A DNA stretch of 64,000 nt. It comes from a virus (Duplodnaviria; Caudoviricetes). Both the position numbers and the translations under genes were made by a program. Below the pieces are notes generated by a model. The model was given only the letters and a program-made list of their open reading frames with translations. It was not told the DNA's origin and ran no database searches. Of the stretch, positions 20,228 through 29,547 are shown one piece after another. The stretch is taken from the IMG/VR virus record IMGVR_UViG_3300032320_002229, positions 29,467 to 93,466 of that record. The stretch is one strand, 5' to 3'. Within the stretch, counting starts at the first letter, position 1, and every line of letters starts with the position of its first letter.

Positions 20228-20542
20228 CTAGCCTTTCATATTTTTTAGCTTATTTACTGATGATTGTATACTCTCGTCAGTTCCTTTAACATCTCCTAAA
20301 TTTTGATACTTTTTCTCTAATCCATCCGTTTTAATATCAACTACAAATTTAGTAGAGTCTATGGAAAAAGGCTGACCAGTAGTTTTGCTATTAATTGAAG
20401 ATAATACTTTACTTCCAGTTTGACCAGTATTATATACACCATTAAAAGACCATAATCTTCCTACCAGGAAACCCAGTAGAAAGATTATGATGTATGTGAT
20501 CGTAAATAGTATGATAATTAAGACTAGACTTAATGTGGACAT
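20228..20542 (-). CDS. Single-pass membrane protein upstream of the actin-like gene
   Basis: Long N-terminal hydrophobic segment. Confidence 0.6.
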   Translation of the reverse strand: MSTLSLVLIIILFTITYIIIFLLGFLVGRLWSFNGVYNTGQTGSKVLSSINSKTTGQPFSIDSTKFVVDIKTDGLEKKYQNLGDVKGTDESIQSSVNKLKNMKG

Positions 20543-20609
20543 TTATTTTTCATTTCTATAATCCTTAATAAATTAGTCCTATCTCAAAGGGGCCGCGAAA
20601 ATCGCCTGA

Positions 20610-21506
20610 CTACTTATATTCTCCAAGAATTCGACCTTTCTGCGTCCTTACTACATACCCCATACGAATAAGGAATGGCTCAATACTATTCTCAATAGTC
20701 TCTATAGCAATTCCGGTCAAAGAAGAAATACTCTTTAATCCTAGAGGATTCATGCGATTTTTCTTCAAAAGCTCTAGATATAGTCTGTCATAAACATCCA
20801 AGCCCATGCTGTCAATACCCTGATTCATAAATACTTCATCAATATTAGGAATCCTATCCTTGTGGTAGGCAGTATAACTCTTATACCATTGAAGTCTAGC
20901 ATTTAGGATACGAGGAGTACCCTTACTTCTTTTAGCAATAGAGATTAGTTCCTCGTCCCCAAGCTTTAATCCGAGCTTTTCAGAGTTCGATCTTGCTAGT
21001 TTAGCTAAATCTTCTGGAGAGTAAAACGATAGATGTTCTTTAATCTGAAACCTGTCATAGAATGGCTGGCTAAGTCTGCCTCCGCACGTTGTAGCACCAA
21101 CAAGAGTAAACTGAGGCAACTCAATGGACTCTGGTTTATTCTCGACTACGATACTAAGACAAAAATCTTCCATGACAGGATACAAAAACTCTTCAACAAT
21201 TTTTGGAAGCCTATGAATTTCATCAATAAAAAGAACTGACCTTGGAGCAATGCCCATAAGATATGGAAGTATATTTTTAATACTACGAACATTAGCACCA
21301 TTCACAGTATAAAGGTTCTCTCCCATCTCTGTTGCTATGGCACTCGCTATAGTGGTCTTACCAAGGCCAGGAGGCCCGTCAATTAAAACGTGCGGCATCA
21401 CACCACCCATACTTTTACAACCCGCCACAACGATCTTCAAACGCTCCACAACGTCGCTCTGACCAACAATATCATCAAACTTAGATGGGCGTATAGTATT
21501 AGCCAT
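20610..21506 (-). CDS. ruvB: Holliday junction branch-migration helicase RuvB
   Basis: RPSKFDDIVGQ, GPPGLGKTT, LFIDEIHRL, FTLVGATT, GTPR, EPFL...RTQKGR. Confidence 0.95.
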   Translation of the reverse strand: MANTIRPSKFDDIVGQSDVVERLKIVVAGCKSMGGVMPHVLIDGPPGLGKTTIASAIATEMGENLYTVNGANVRSIKNILPYLMGIAPRSVLFIDEIHRLPKIVEEFLYPVMEDFCLSIVVENKPESIELPQFTLVGATTCGGRLSQPFYDRFQIKEHLSFYSPEDLAKLARSNSEKLGLKLGDEELISIAKRSKGTPRILNARLQWYKSYTAYHKDRIPNIDEVFMNQGIDSMGLDVYDRLYLELLKKNRMNPLGLKSISSLTGIAIETIENSIEPFLIRMGYVVRTQKGRILGEYK

Positions 21507-21918
21507 TAATATCTCCAATATTCATAAGGGTATTCTTAACCAAAGTTTTAATATCTGTTGTTGGACTATTCTCATAAGTTTTAACTATGAGAGCCTCAAC
21601 CTCAGATTTTTCGTATCCATAACTATTCAGTATTGTACAGCACTTTGAGAGCAGATCAACGGAAATCTTATTGCTTTCTGCTGACTTGTCTCCTTCACCA
21701 CTCTTTACAATCTTCTTTTTTTTGCAAAACTTTACTATTAATGAATCTACAAGTTTTACTTTTAGTATTGAACTACAGTCACAGACTACTAAATAACCTT
21801 TTGTCTTAGATTCATCTAGTGATAACCAATGATCTATAGAACAGGTTGGACAAGTATATTTAATATGAATATTAAGCTCAGTCGGTTTCAGGTTTTTGAT
21901 TATCTGTTTCGTTCTCAT
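21499..21918 (-). CDS. Zn-ribbon protein with a C-terminal RuvA domain III-like helical bundle
   Basis: CPTC...CDC; C-terminal 'ILNSYGYEKSEVEALI...DIKTLVKNTLM'; overlaps ruvB start. Confidence 0.55.
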   Translation of the reverse strand: MRTKQIIKNLKPTELNIHIKYTCPTCSIDHWLSLDESKTKGYLVVCDCSSILKVKLVDSLIVKFCKKKKIVKSGEGDKSAESNKISVDLLSKCCTILNSYGYEKSEVEALIVKTYENSPTTDIKTLVKNTLMNIGDING

Positions 21919-22342
21919 TTTTCATCCAAAAAATAAAGTCGTTACATTTTTCATCATACGCTGTTTCTAAAATTCCTTTATTAACAAGATTATTCAATAA
22001 ATTACTAATCATTCTTGAGTTAAAGGACTCTACCATTTCCATAAACTTTAAATTAGTTATTATGTATCTAATTTTTTTTGTTTTCTTGTTTATCTGCGGC
22101 CTTACAAAATCATTAGCAATAATCAAACATTCTTCTTGAGTTAATACATCGTTTAATTCATCTATTTCATCAGAACCAAGATCTGTTAGCAAAAAAGATA
22201 AGTCATCCTCACTTTCCTTATTGGTTTTGCCAAAATTATCAAAAACTAAAACTCTAGTAGCTTCTACTAGTTTATTTAGGTCGTCAACTATGAAGGTTTC
22301 TTTTTCTTGCATTGTATCTTCCGTGTTAATTAAGAATATCAA
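21878..22342 (-). CDS. Hypothetical protein (family with 39739 and 40082 ORFs)
   Basis: C-terminal GILETAYDEKCNDFIFW motif. Confidence 0.6.
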   Translation of the reverse strand: MIFLINTEDTMQEKETFIVDDLNKLVEATRVLVFDNFGKTNKESEDDLSFLLTDLGSDEIDELNDVLTQEECLIIANDFVRPQINKKTKKIRYIITNLKFMEMVESFNSRMISNLLNNLVNKGILETAYDEKCNDFIFWMKNENETDNQKPETD

Positions 22343-22739
22343 ACATACCCTTATAGTATGATGGTTGGTTTACAAAATGAACAGCATGTGATTGTATGTG
22401 ATTTCTGTATTGGATGTCCAACTTATTGCAAGCAAAGTATTTTTTCTTCCATATCGGACTTCCTTGATAATTGGACCCCAAATACTGGAAGGATTTATCC
22501 TTGCCAGCATTGGGATTCCAACTACTCACAGGCAACGAGCCTTTAGGGAAGCTTGGGCCAATATACCATACACTTGAAGGATATTCCACTATATCATTTA
22601 GAGTGTCATATAACATTTTTCCCCAAGCGTCCCAAGCATCGGGATCAAACTTGAAATAATTTTTATGCTGACTCTCTAAATTATCATGACTATCATCATA
22701 GTCATCATCATAGTTATAGTTTTCATCTTCTTGGGGCAT
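22326..22739 (-). CDS. Hypothetical protein
   Basis: Operon packing, acidic N-terminus. Confidence 0.55.
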   Translation of the reverse strand: MPQEDENYNYDDDYDDSHDNLESQHKNYFKFDPDAWDAWGKMLYDTLNDIVEYPSSVWYIGPSFPKGSLPVSSWNPNAGKDKSFQYLGSNYQGSPIWKKKYFACNKLDIQYRNHIQSHAVHFVNQPSYYKGMFDILN

Positions 22740-22743
22740 AGAA

Positions 22744-23001
22744 TTACCTATAGCTGTATCTATTTTGAGAAGTTACATTTTTACGATTGCGTCCTCTGCG
22801 ACCCTTAAAACCTAATCTTCTTATGACATTACAAATTGTTTGCCAACTAAGATAATACTTATTGCCATAAAAAGTATTCTTTTGAAAATAATAGTAAAGA
22901 TCTCTTGCTGATCCCAACTCATTCATTAGTTCAATAAATTTCTTCTTAGCTTCTTCGTCAGTCAATAAAAGCTGCAAAAGAGGATTAATATGTCTACCCA
23001 T
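22744..23001 (-). CDS. Small basic protein, possibly DNA-binding
   Basis: AAGGAG RBS; helix followed by GFKGRRGR tail. Confidence 0.55.
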   Translation of the reverse strand: MGRHINPLLQLLLTDEEAKKKFIELMNELGSARDLYYYFQKNTFYGNKYYLSWQTICNVIRRLGFKGRRGRNRKNVTSQNRYSYR

Positions 23002-23019
23002 TTGTTTTCTCCTTTATGT

Positions 23020-23066
23020 GGTTGTGTCAAAGGGTATGGAATTTCCAATACCCCTGACACTAAACC
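23020..23066 (-). terminator. Stem-loop right after the primase stop (terminator or processing site)
   Basis: GTGTCA..GGGTAT.GGAA / TTCC.ATACCC..TGACAC inverted repeat; no clear U-tract. Confidence 0.45.
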
Positions 23067-23067
23067 C

Positions 23068-24225
23068 TCACCCGATACAAAACTTGTCACTGATTTTAGA
23101 CGCTAGTTCTTTAGCAGCATTAGACAAGAACCTATTGTTGCTAAAGTAGAGGGGCGTTGAGACTTGATTAAGGAACTCCACGACCGTCTTTAAAAGCTTG
23201 GTCTGCTGACCGTCTAGATTCATATCCTCGTCAGGGAGAGCGTCCTGTGCGTCTGTAGAGTCATTCTCGCTAACAGGATGCACTGGTAGTGGATCACCAT
23301 AAGCTTTTCCAAAAATTCCTCCACCCCCGCCAGTATAACCATAAATTGGCTTGGTATTTTCTGTGCTATTAGTATATGTATTACAGAACACAGTGCTATT
23401 CTTAAGGTTCAGAGACTTCATCTGATCAGCAATAGTTGCAGCAACATTAACCGATACCGGAACTCCAGTAATGTCAGACCTCTTATAAGCCTTGGCATAT
23501 TCTTTAAACCATTCATCACTCGTCTTATTTGCAACAACATTAACAACAGCAGACACTCCATCAAGAGCTTCTTTAAGCTGTTCAATATTTACCCAATCAC
23601 CAGTTGATCCTGACAAAATGCTGGTAAAATAAGGTTGCTTTCCTTCCCAACCCTTCCTCCACCAAGTATAAGGGATTCTATAAATCTGATTGATTTTGAT
23701 AGCTCGGGCATCACCACCAAAGTGGTTTACAAGTTTCTTTTGAATACCACTCCAATAAGTCTTGTGAGGATTTATATTATTTTGGTTTAGAATCCAATAG
23801 CACTGATAACCATTACGGGTATCAACAACCCAGCTTGGCTTTACTGGAAAGTTATTAATCTGGTTCAAGAATTCCTTTTTCTTCTGCATGACAATACTGG
23901 GCTTAAAATAATGACCCTGATCATCTCGTCCAGCATCCATATCAACAAAACAAGCACGAATTCTACTAATAGCATATTGCTTGCGTCCACCATTAACATA
24001 GAAGTAAGCATCAGCACCTTGACTATCATTGGCAATAGCAACGGTGGTAAGATGGTCTGTATGATTCATACTGCTGATCTTCTTACGAGGATCACCGTTG
24101 TAACAGAAAATCTGCTGACCACCAAAAGAATCAAAAAACTTATTTCGCAAAGTAATCTGATCTTTTGTTCCAATGGCACTGTGAGTCTTATCGAACGGAT
24201 TAAAAGCCAAAGTATCGCTAAACAT
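23068..24225 (-). CDS. RepB-type (AEP superfamily) DNA primase-like protein
   Basis: YFYVNG, ACFVDMD (DxD), PSWVVDTRNGYQCYW, GGD, RIP motifs. Confidence 0.75.
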   Translation of the reverse strand: MFSDTLAFNPFDKTHSAIGTKDQITLRNKFFDSFGGQQIFCYNGDPRKKISSMNHTDHLTTVAIANDSQGADAYFYVNGGRKQYAISRIRACFVDMDAGRDDQGHYFKPSIVMQKKKEFLNQINNFPVKPSWVVDTRNGYQCYWILNQNNINPHKTYWSGIQKKLVNHFGGDARAIKINQIYRIPYTWWRKGWEGKQPYFTSILSGSTGDWVNIEQLKEALDGVSAVVNVVANKTSDEWFKEYAKAYKRSDITGVPVSVNVAATIADQMKSLNLKNSTVFCNTYTNSTENTKPIYGYTGGGGGIFGKAYGDPLPVHPVSENDSTDAQDALPDEDMNLDGQQTKLLKTVVEFLNQVSTPLYFSNNRFLSNAAKELASKISDKFCIG

Positions 24226-24303
24226 TTGTTTTCCCCTTTTCCACTTCCTACCTACAATTTTGATATTGGGACAGTAAACACTACCGTCAAAAGCAATATC
24301 CTA

Positions 24304-24387
24304 AAAGATGGTAACGGAATCGAACCGTTATTGTACGATAGCAGAAACTATATAGGTGCTATCTTACAAGTTACCAAACACCACCTT
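24304..24387 (-). ncRNA. Atypical tRNA-like RNA
   Basis: Acceptor AAGGTGG/CCATCTT; T arm TAACGG-TTCGATT-CCGTTA; mini D arm; long anticodon-position stem with a 13-nt loop. Confidence 0.5.
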
Positions 24388-24399
24388 GACTATCAAGAA

Positions 24400-25263
24400 T
24401 CAATACTGATCATCCTCATCTTCATAATCTTCATCTTCGTCATCATCTTCTTCGTCAAACTGATCCCAATAACTCTCGTCATAATCATTCAGATAATCGT
24501 CCTCATCATCCTCGTAATCATCCTGACTAAAATCAGCCTTATAAAGAGGCTTGAGTAGTTCGCCTTCATACTCACCAACTACTTCGTAGCGGCAAGTGCG
24601 GAGCTTTTCATAGTTGCAATCACTAGGAACACTCACAACATCCTTGGGATTAATCTTGACGATCACAATGCGGTCGCCAGCCTCAAGACTACCATAACCA
24701 GCAACATAATTCAATGCTCCAGCATGAAGTCCATTAGAACAACCACGACCACGATCATCGTCTACTTTTGCTCGTTGCATTTGGCAGACCTGACCAACTC
24801 TGTTGTCAAAAACTCCCCTATACTTATCCTTAAAGTCTGAACGAACAGCCTTATAAGCGAGGAAGAAACCATCTTCAGTTATAGGCAGATGCTCATGCTC
24901 CAAGAAATCATACAGTTCCTTCTGACTCTGCATACTTGGATTTTCCATGAGATTATTCAGGAAATTAACAAGCGGCTGAAACGGCAATCCCTTGCTCATA
25001 AACTCCAGAATACGCTTACTAATACTACCATGAACTTCCTCACCCTCGTAGAGAACCTGACCGTTCTTGATCTCCACAAGACCATCGCTAAAAGTAGCAA
25101 CAGCCTTTTGAACATCAACAACTTCCAAGAGTTCCTCTGCCGTAGCAGTAGGAAGTCTTTCCAGAATCAACTTATAGTTGATATGATCCGGCAACACCTG
25201 ATAACTCTGGTTATTAAGAACCAGCGTCAAATTACCATCCACAAACATAAACGGAACAGCCAT
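24400..25263 (-). CDS. rIIB: rIIB-like protein
   Basis: NPS...ELYDFL, ITEDG.FLAYK, CSNGLH, VKINPKDVVSVP.D...KLRTCRYEV; follows rIIA. Confidence 0.9.
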   Translation of the reverse strand: MAVPFMFVDGNLTLVLNNQSYQVLPDHINYKLILERLPTATAEELLEVVDVQKAVATFSDGLVEIKNGQVLYEGEEVHGSISKRILEFMSKGLPFQPLVNFLNNLMENPSMQSQKELYDFLEHEHLPITEDGFFLAYKAVRSDFKDKYRGVFDNRVGQVCQMQRAKVDDDRGRGCSNGLHAGALNYVAGYGSLEAGDRIVIVKINPKDVVSVPSDCNYEKLRTCRYEVVGEYEGELLKPLYKADFSQDDYEDDEDDYLNDYDESYWDQFDEEDDDEDEDYEDEDDQY

Positions 25264-25307
25264 AATCCAAACTCCTAGTTTTTAGTTACGATACCTGTGA
25301 TACTGTC

Positions 25308-25335
25308 ATTTTACACTAATCGGCAAGCTTGTCAA
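25308..25335 (-). promoter_or_regulatory. Sigma70-type promoter with CGAT spacer motif
   Basis: TTGACA-AGCTTGCCGATTAGTG-TAAAAT. Confidence 0.7.
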
Positions 25336-25356
25336 GGGGTCTTGAACAATTCCAGA

Positions 25357-28032
25357 CTACTTGATCAAACTACTCAACTGAATCTTAAATAGGTCAATAT
25401 TTTCCTGGCTCATCTGCTCAACCCAATCCCTACTCTGTTTTCCATAGTATGAACGATCTTCGATGATAGGATTCTGATTAGATTTAAGATCTACCAGATT
25501 GCCTGACACTTGATGATTTCCCATAATAACCTTGAGCATAGGATTCTTGTCTACCTCAGTCTTAATCTTTTCCCTAATTTCAGAGATTTTCCATCTCTTC
25601 AAATCTTCCTCAGAAGTTCCACGAATAATCTTCAGATAAGCATCTGCATTATTATTACCAGAGTACAAGTAATTAACAATCATGTTTGTCAAGGTATTGT
25701 AGGCCAAATTAGCATTACGAATTTCCTTGCCATCCACATTATCAATCCCCACCTCTTTCATAAGCTTAGAGATATGGGAAAGATATTCTGTTTGACTGAA
25801 TCGCGGAATATTAAAAGGAGCAACATGAACAGTGTAAGCAAAGAACTCTGTGAGCATGGTCTTATTCAAGCAATCCACAAGAACCTTATTGTTAATAAAC
25901 TTATCATAGTCTAGACCAAAGATATTCAGAATATGAAACATAAACTGCTTATCTGTTGTTCCGTGTTGATAGTATCGGTATCCTCCAGGAATCTTCTCCT
26001 CTGTTGCATAATCTTTCTTGCAATATTCAACAAGCTTGTTGATAGAAGCAAGATTCTTAAAGTGCTTTTGTGCCACAACTTTGAGTTGACGCTTCAAAAA
26101 GTCGTTGAAATTAATAAGATTGTAACCATCTTTCTCAAGCTTTGTAAGGAAAGCTTTTTTGATAGCATAAATCTTACTATTACCAATCAAGTCCTTGGTT
26201 ATGCTCTTTAGAGTATCTTCTTGGAGAGTTCTAGTAATACCAGCAATCTCTGGACAACCAGACTCAGGTTCCGTTCCATATCTCAACATGGGAACAAAAA
26301 TAATCTCATCTTGTTCTAGAAAGTTCTCCAATTGTTCTTCTGAAAGAATTCTCAGGTGGGTAGCATCATTATAAGGATTTGTGATCTGCTTACTATCCTT
26401 GTCATAACCGTGGATAAAGAATACATCTTGATCACTAACGCTACCATTAGAATTTCTGTTATAAGACTTTCTTGGGCCAGAACTTTGCGTCAGATGCTTG
26501 TAGTCTGAAACCTTGAGCAGATTTTCAGCCCCAACATCTTCTACCAGTTGATCAAAACCTGTATTGCTTTTTGTATGATCCTTAGTGTCGATCATCAGAT
26601 AAGCAAAGCAATCATTAGCATTACAATATCTTGTAAGAATTTTCTTGGCACTTTCTTCACTCGCAACGTCGCAGACAAAGAAAGCCATTGTTCCCTTCTT
26701 CTTCTGGTTATTCCAATAGTAGGAACCTTTACCAGTAAGAGTTTCATGATGGATTCTGTCTGTCAGAGCAACTTGGCGACGAGAACGATAGCCAGCAGTT
26801 TTATAATTAAAAACGTACAGACTCTTGCCAGCCGGAATTTTATATTCCAGATCGTTGCCAGAGTTGATAGGATGATCTTTACCCTTGGGATCAGTCCAAG
26901 TTGCACCAACACCCCAGCCACCAGCCAATTCATTCATAGTATAGTATGAAGTAATTGCCTCTACCTTATTCTGAGCAGATTTGATCTTCTTGGAGAATTC
27001 TTCCTTCATCTCCATGTAAATTTCTTGAGTCTTTTTACGCAGGGTCTTGATAACATCCTTGGTATACTGCAAACCTTCACGGGAAACGTCCATTTCCAGT
27101 TCACCGATACCAAAATCAAGCTCAAGATAAAGACCGGAGTTAAGAATCTCTCCGACAAAGCTCTTCCAAGAATCAATATCTGCTTTCTGGAAAGCCCTAT
27201 TCCACTTTTGGATATGATCAGGCATCTCATCCTTCTCTTGACCAACAATCTGTGCAGTCTGAACAGGATAAGCGATATTGCCCATGATAGCTACGATACC
27301 ACTATCAATTCGATGATAACCATTAGGATAGTAATTATTGTCATTATTGAGGCGACATACCCTCCAACCGTCACCACTAATGATGATATTGGTATTGCTA
27401 TACTTATGATCTTGCAGATTATTCCCAATACCACCTTCAAGGATGGGTTTCATTCGGAAATAGTGGAAGATTCTCTTAGCCTTGTCTGTAAACTCTTGAA
27501 AGTCATGCTGCTTAACAGCAAAGCTAATCTCAAGACCATTAGGCTCAGACGTATCTGAAGTATTAAAAAGATTCAGAGTAGGAACACCGCTTTCGTCAAT
27601 CGCAGCAATATAGGTATACTTCTTACCGTTATAGTATGATGCGGTGGTGAAACTCTTGGTATATGCGAAAGGACTCTTAGACCCTAGACCAAGACAACCA
27701 ACAAAATCATTACTATCATTCTTGTTGGATGCACCATAGGTTGTATACAAGTCCTCCATGTCGGCCTGACTAAGACCAGTGCCATAATCCCTGACCATAA
27801 AGGCAGGATTGGCAGCGGTTGGCAAAGTCACCTTAAAGGGATTCTTATTCCCGGCAGAGATATGACTATCATAAGCATTAGTAGAAAGCTCACGAATCGC
27901 GGCCATTACCTTATCAGAGTACAAAGAGTCTGAAAGGATTTTAAACATCTTGCTCGTCTGAGCAATATTAAACTGATTCTTACTTGCAACCCCAACGCTG
28001 TGAGTCTCAATCGTCCTATCTGCCAACTTCAT
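25357..28032 (-). CDS. rIIA: rIIA-like protein (N-terminal GHKL/Hsp90-like ATPase)
   Basis: LYSDK..AAIRELSTNAYD, VRDYGTGL, GCLGLGSKSPFAY, SREGLQY. Confidence 0.9.
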   Translation of the reverse strand: MKLADRTIETHSVGVASKNQFNIAQTSKMFKILSDSLYSDKVMAAIRELSTNAYDSHISAGNKNPFKVTLPTAANPAFMVRDYGTGLSQADMEDLYTTYGASNKNDSNDFVGCLGLGSKSPFAYTKSFTTASYYNGKKYTYIAAIDESGVPTLNLFNTSDTSEPNGLEISFAVKQHDFQEFTDKAKRIFHYFRMKPILEGGIGNNLQDHKYSNTNIIISGDGWRVCRLNNDNNYYPNGYHRIDSGIVAIMGNIAYPVQTAQIVGQEKDEMPDHIQKWNRAFQKADIDSWKSFVGEILNSGLYLELDFGIGELEMDVSREGLQYTKDVIKTLRKKTQEIYMEMKEEFSKKIKSAQNKVEAITSYYTMNELAGGWGVGATWTDPKGKDHPINSGNDLEYKIPAGKSLYVFNYKTAGYRSRRQVALTDRIHHETLTGKGSYYWNNQKKKGTMAFFVCDVASEESAKKILTRYCNANDCFAYLMIDTKDHTKSNTGFDQLVEDVGAENLLKVSDYKHLTQSSGPRKSYNRNSNGSVSDQDVFFIHGYDKDSKQITNPYNDATHLRILSEEQLENFLEQDEIIFVPMLRYGTEPESGCPEIAGITRTLQEDTLKSITKDLIGNSKIYAIKKAFLTKLEKDGYNLINFNDFLKRQLKVVAQKHFKNLASINKLVEYCKKDYATEEKIPGGYRYYQHGTTDKQFMFHILNIFGLDYDKFINNKVLVDCLNKTMLTEFFAYTVHVAPFNIPRFSQTEYLSHISKLMKEVGIDNVDGKEIRNANLAYNTLTNMIVNYLYSGNNNADAYLKIIRGTSEEDLKRWKISEIREKIKTEVDKNPMLKVIMGNHQVSGNLVDLKSNQNPIIEDRSYYGKQSRDWVEQMSQENIDLFKIQLSSLIK

Positions 28033-28072
28033 CTGTATTCTCCAAAAGTGTTATCGTTCCTGTGATGGCTCA

Positions 28073-28101
28073 AGTATATCATCGGCAAACCGTCTTGTCA
28101 A
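28073..28101 (-). promoter_or_regulatory. Sigma70-type promoter with CGAT spacer motif
   Basis: TTGACA-AGACGGTTTGCCGATGA-TATACT. Confidence 0.7.
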
Positions 28102-28349
28102 GCATCAGTTTTCTTTTCTTGTCTGTTAGCTATTATTTTAAAACCGATGGCTAGGTCTATCAGACCCAAAACTTTTAAAAATGGAACAGGTAAGGTGAAT
28201 GTCATCCCTCCAACAAATATGCAAAGAAGTCCCATAATCCATACTATCGTCTTTGGCATCCAATCAAACAAAGACAAGATATAACTTAATGGCCCTATGA
28301 TTAGTACAGATAAAAAAATTATTGATATTAACAGAGCTAAACTAGCCAT
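28098..28349 (-). CDS. Small membrane protein
   Basis: About three hydrophobic segments. Confidence 0.6.
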   Translation of the reverse strand: MASLALLISIIFLSVLIIGPLSYILSLFDWMPKTIVWIMGLLCIFVGGMTFTLPVPFLKVLGLIDLAIGFKIIANRQEKKTDA

Positions 28350-28663
28350 TAGTATTGATCTTCATCACTATCTTCTGACTCATAATCTTCTGTTTGATCA
28401 TAAGGAGTCCAATCTTCATTTTCTTCTTCGTCATCAATATCTGAATCGTCCATATCGCCCATATCAGAAATGAGGATGGTAAATGTATTTAAAAGATCTA
28501 TTGCCTGATCAATTTTATTTTCCAAAAGCTTCATTTTATTTTCAATATTCTTGATGCCTTTTTTCACCTCTATAATATCTTTAGTTAAATGGTTGTCCAT
28601 ATCATGAATCTCTTTGTTACTTTTCATCACTTCTTTAATTACGTCATCAATATTTTTAGACAT
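28349..28663 (-). CDS. Coiled-coil protein with acidic tail
   Basis: Heptad pattern; D/E-rich C-terminus. Confidence 0.55.
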   Translation of the reverse strand: MSKNIDDVIKEVMKSNKEIHDMDNHLTKDIIEVKKGIKNIENKMKLLENKIDQAIDLLNTFTILISDMGDMDDSDIDDEEENEDWTPYDQTEDYESEDSDEDQY

Positions 28664-28673
28664 TTTGGCCTCT

Positions 28674-29006
28674 TTATTTTAGGCGTTTATATTCTTTGAT
28701 ATCACCATTCTCTACTATTTTTTTATCTTCGTATGGTACAGCTACTCTGCGATAATACTCTTGCTTAATATTCTCTAATACACCAGTAATCATAGCAACC
28801 TTTGGGTAAGATGGTTCGTTCATTAATGAGGCTATGATGCGTGAAAAACAATAGTTAATATCTCCTAAAATAGTAGCAAACTCATTATTGTCCATATGCC
28901 CCTGTAATCCTTTTGGGGTGTTAATACAGTCTGAGAGTTTATCAATACAAACATCTAATTGTTTTCTTAAATCTTCTTTGATATATGGCATTTTAAATTC
29001 CTTCAC
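28674..29006 (-). CDS. Conserved phage protein
   Basis: MPYIK...GDINY...KQEYYRRVAVPYEDKKI.ENGD pattern familiar from phages. Confidence 0.7.
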   Translation of the reverse strand: MKEFKMPYIKEDLRKQLDVCIDKLSDCINTPKGLQGHMDNNEFATILGDINYCFSRIIASLMNEPSYPKVAMITGVLENIKQEYYRRVAVPYEDKKIVENGDIKEYKRLK

Positions 29007-29547
29007 ACTTACATTGGTATTTTAAACAATATGAACATTTTGGGCCGGGATCAGAATTTCCAAAATAATTAGCATAACCATCCCAGGTTTCTTTACCCGT
29101 GTCGATGCAAACCAATTTAGCTTTACCGTCTCTTATAATATAGCCAATATTTTTTGTGTGACAGTCCCAAAATTTTAACTTTGTTTTGTCATATATAGAT
29201 TCTACTAATTCTTGTATCTTCCATAGCTTAGTTTTTTCGCTACTTTCTTTAGCCAATTCAGTAACGTATCCCCAACCACTCATTTTATGAGGAAAGAAAG
29301 GCTCAAACCTTATTCTGCACAATTTAGAACAGACCTTGGGAGCAAGATCGTACTTACTTAATTTAGACTGAATTTGTCTGGCGTATGACGCTCTAGACTT
29401 AGAAATAAATTCTTTGAATCCTAAAAATGGTTCATTAGAGACTTTAAATAAAGTACAATAGCCACCATTTTCACTGTAGTAGTCAGATAAATCAACTTTA
29501 TATTTTGTGCTTACCATGTTAATAAGAGATAACTTGAGGAATTTCAC
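28993..29547 (-). CDS. Protein-kinase-like fold protein
   Basis: GFKEF, LAPKV, GYVTE, DCHTKNIG catalytic loop, CIDTG. Confidence 0.65.
   Translation of the reverse strand: MKFLKLSLINMVSTKYKVDLSDYYSENGGYCTLFKVSNEPFLGFKEFISKSRASYARQIQSKLSKYDLAPKVCSKLCRIRFEPFFPHKMSGWGYVTELAKESSEKTKLWKIQELVESIYDKTKLKFWDCHTKNIGYIIRDGKAKLVCIDTGKETWDGYANYFGNSDPGPKCSYCLKYQCKCEGI

Noticed and set aside
24400-24525. TCATCA/TCTTCA-like tandem repeats
   Set aside because: They simply encode the Asp/Glu-rich tail of rIIB.
23911-27558. Long plus-strand ORFs (23911-24558, 25510-25914, 26548-26949, 27025-27558 and others)
   Set aside because: Antisense shadows of primase, rIIB and rIIA with no motifs or RBS. The same applies to most short opposite-strand ORFs in the track.
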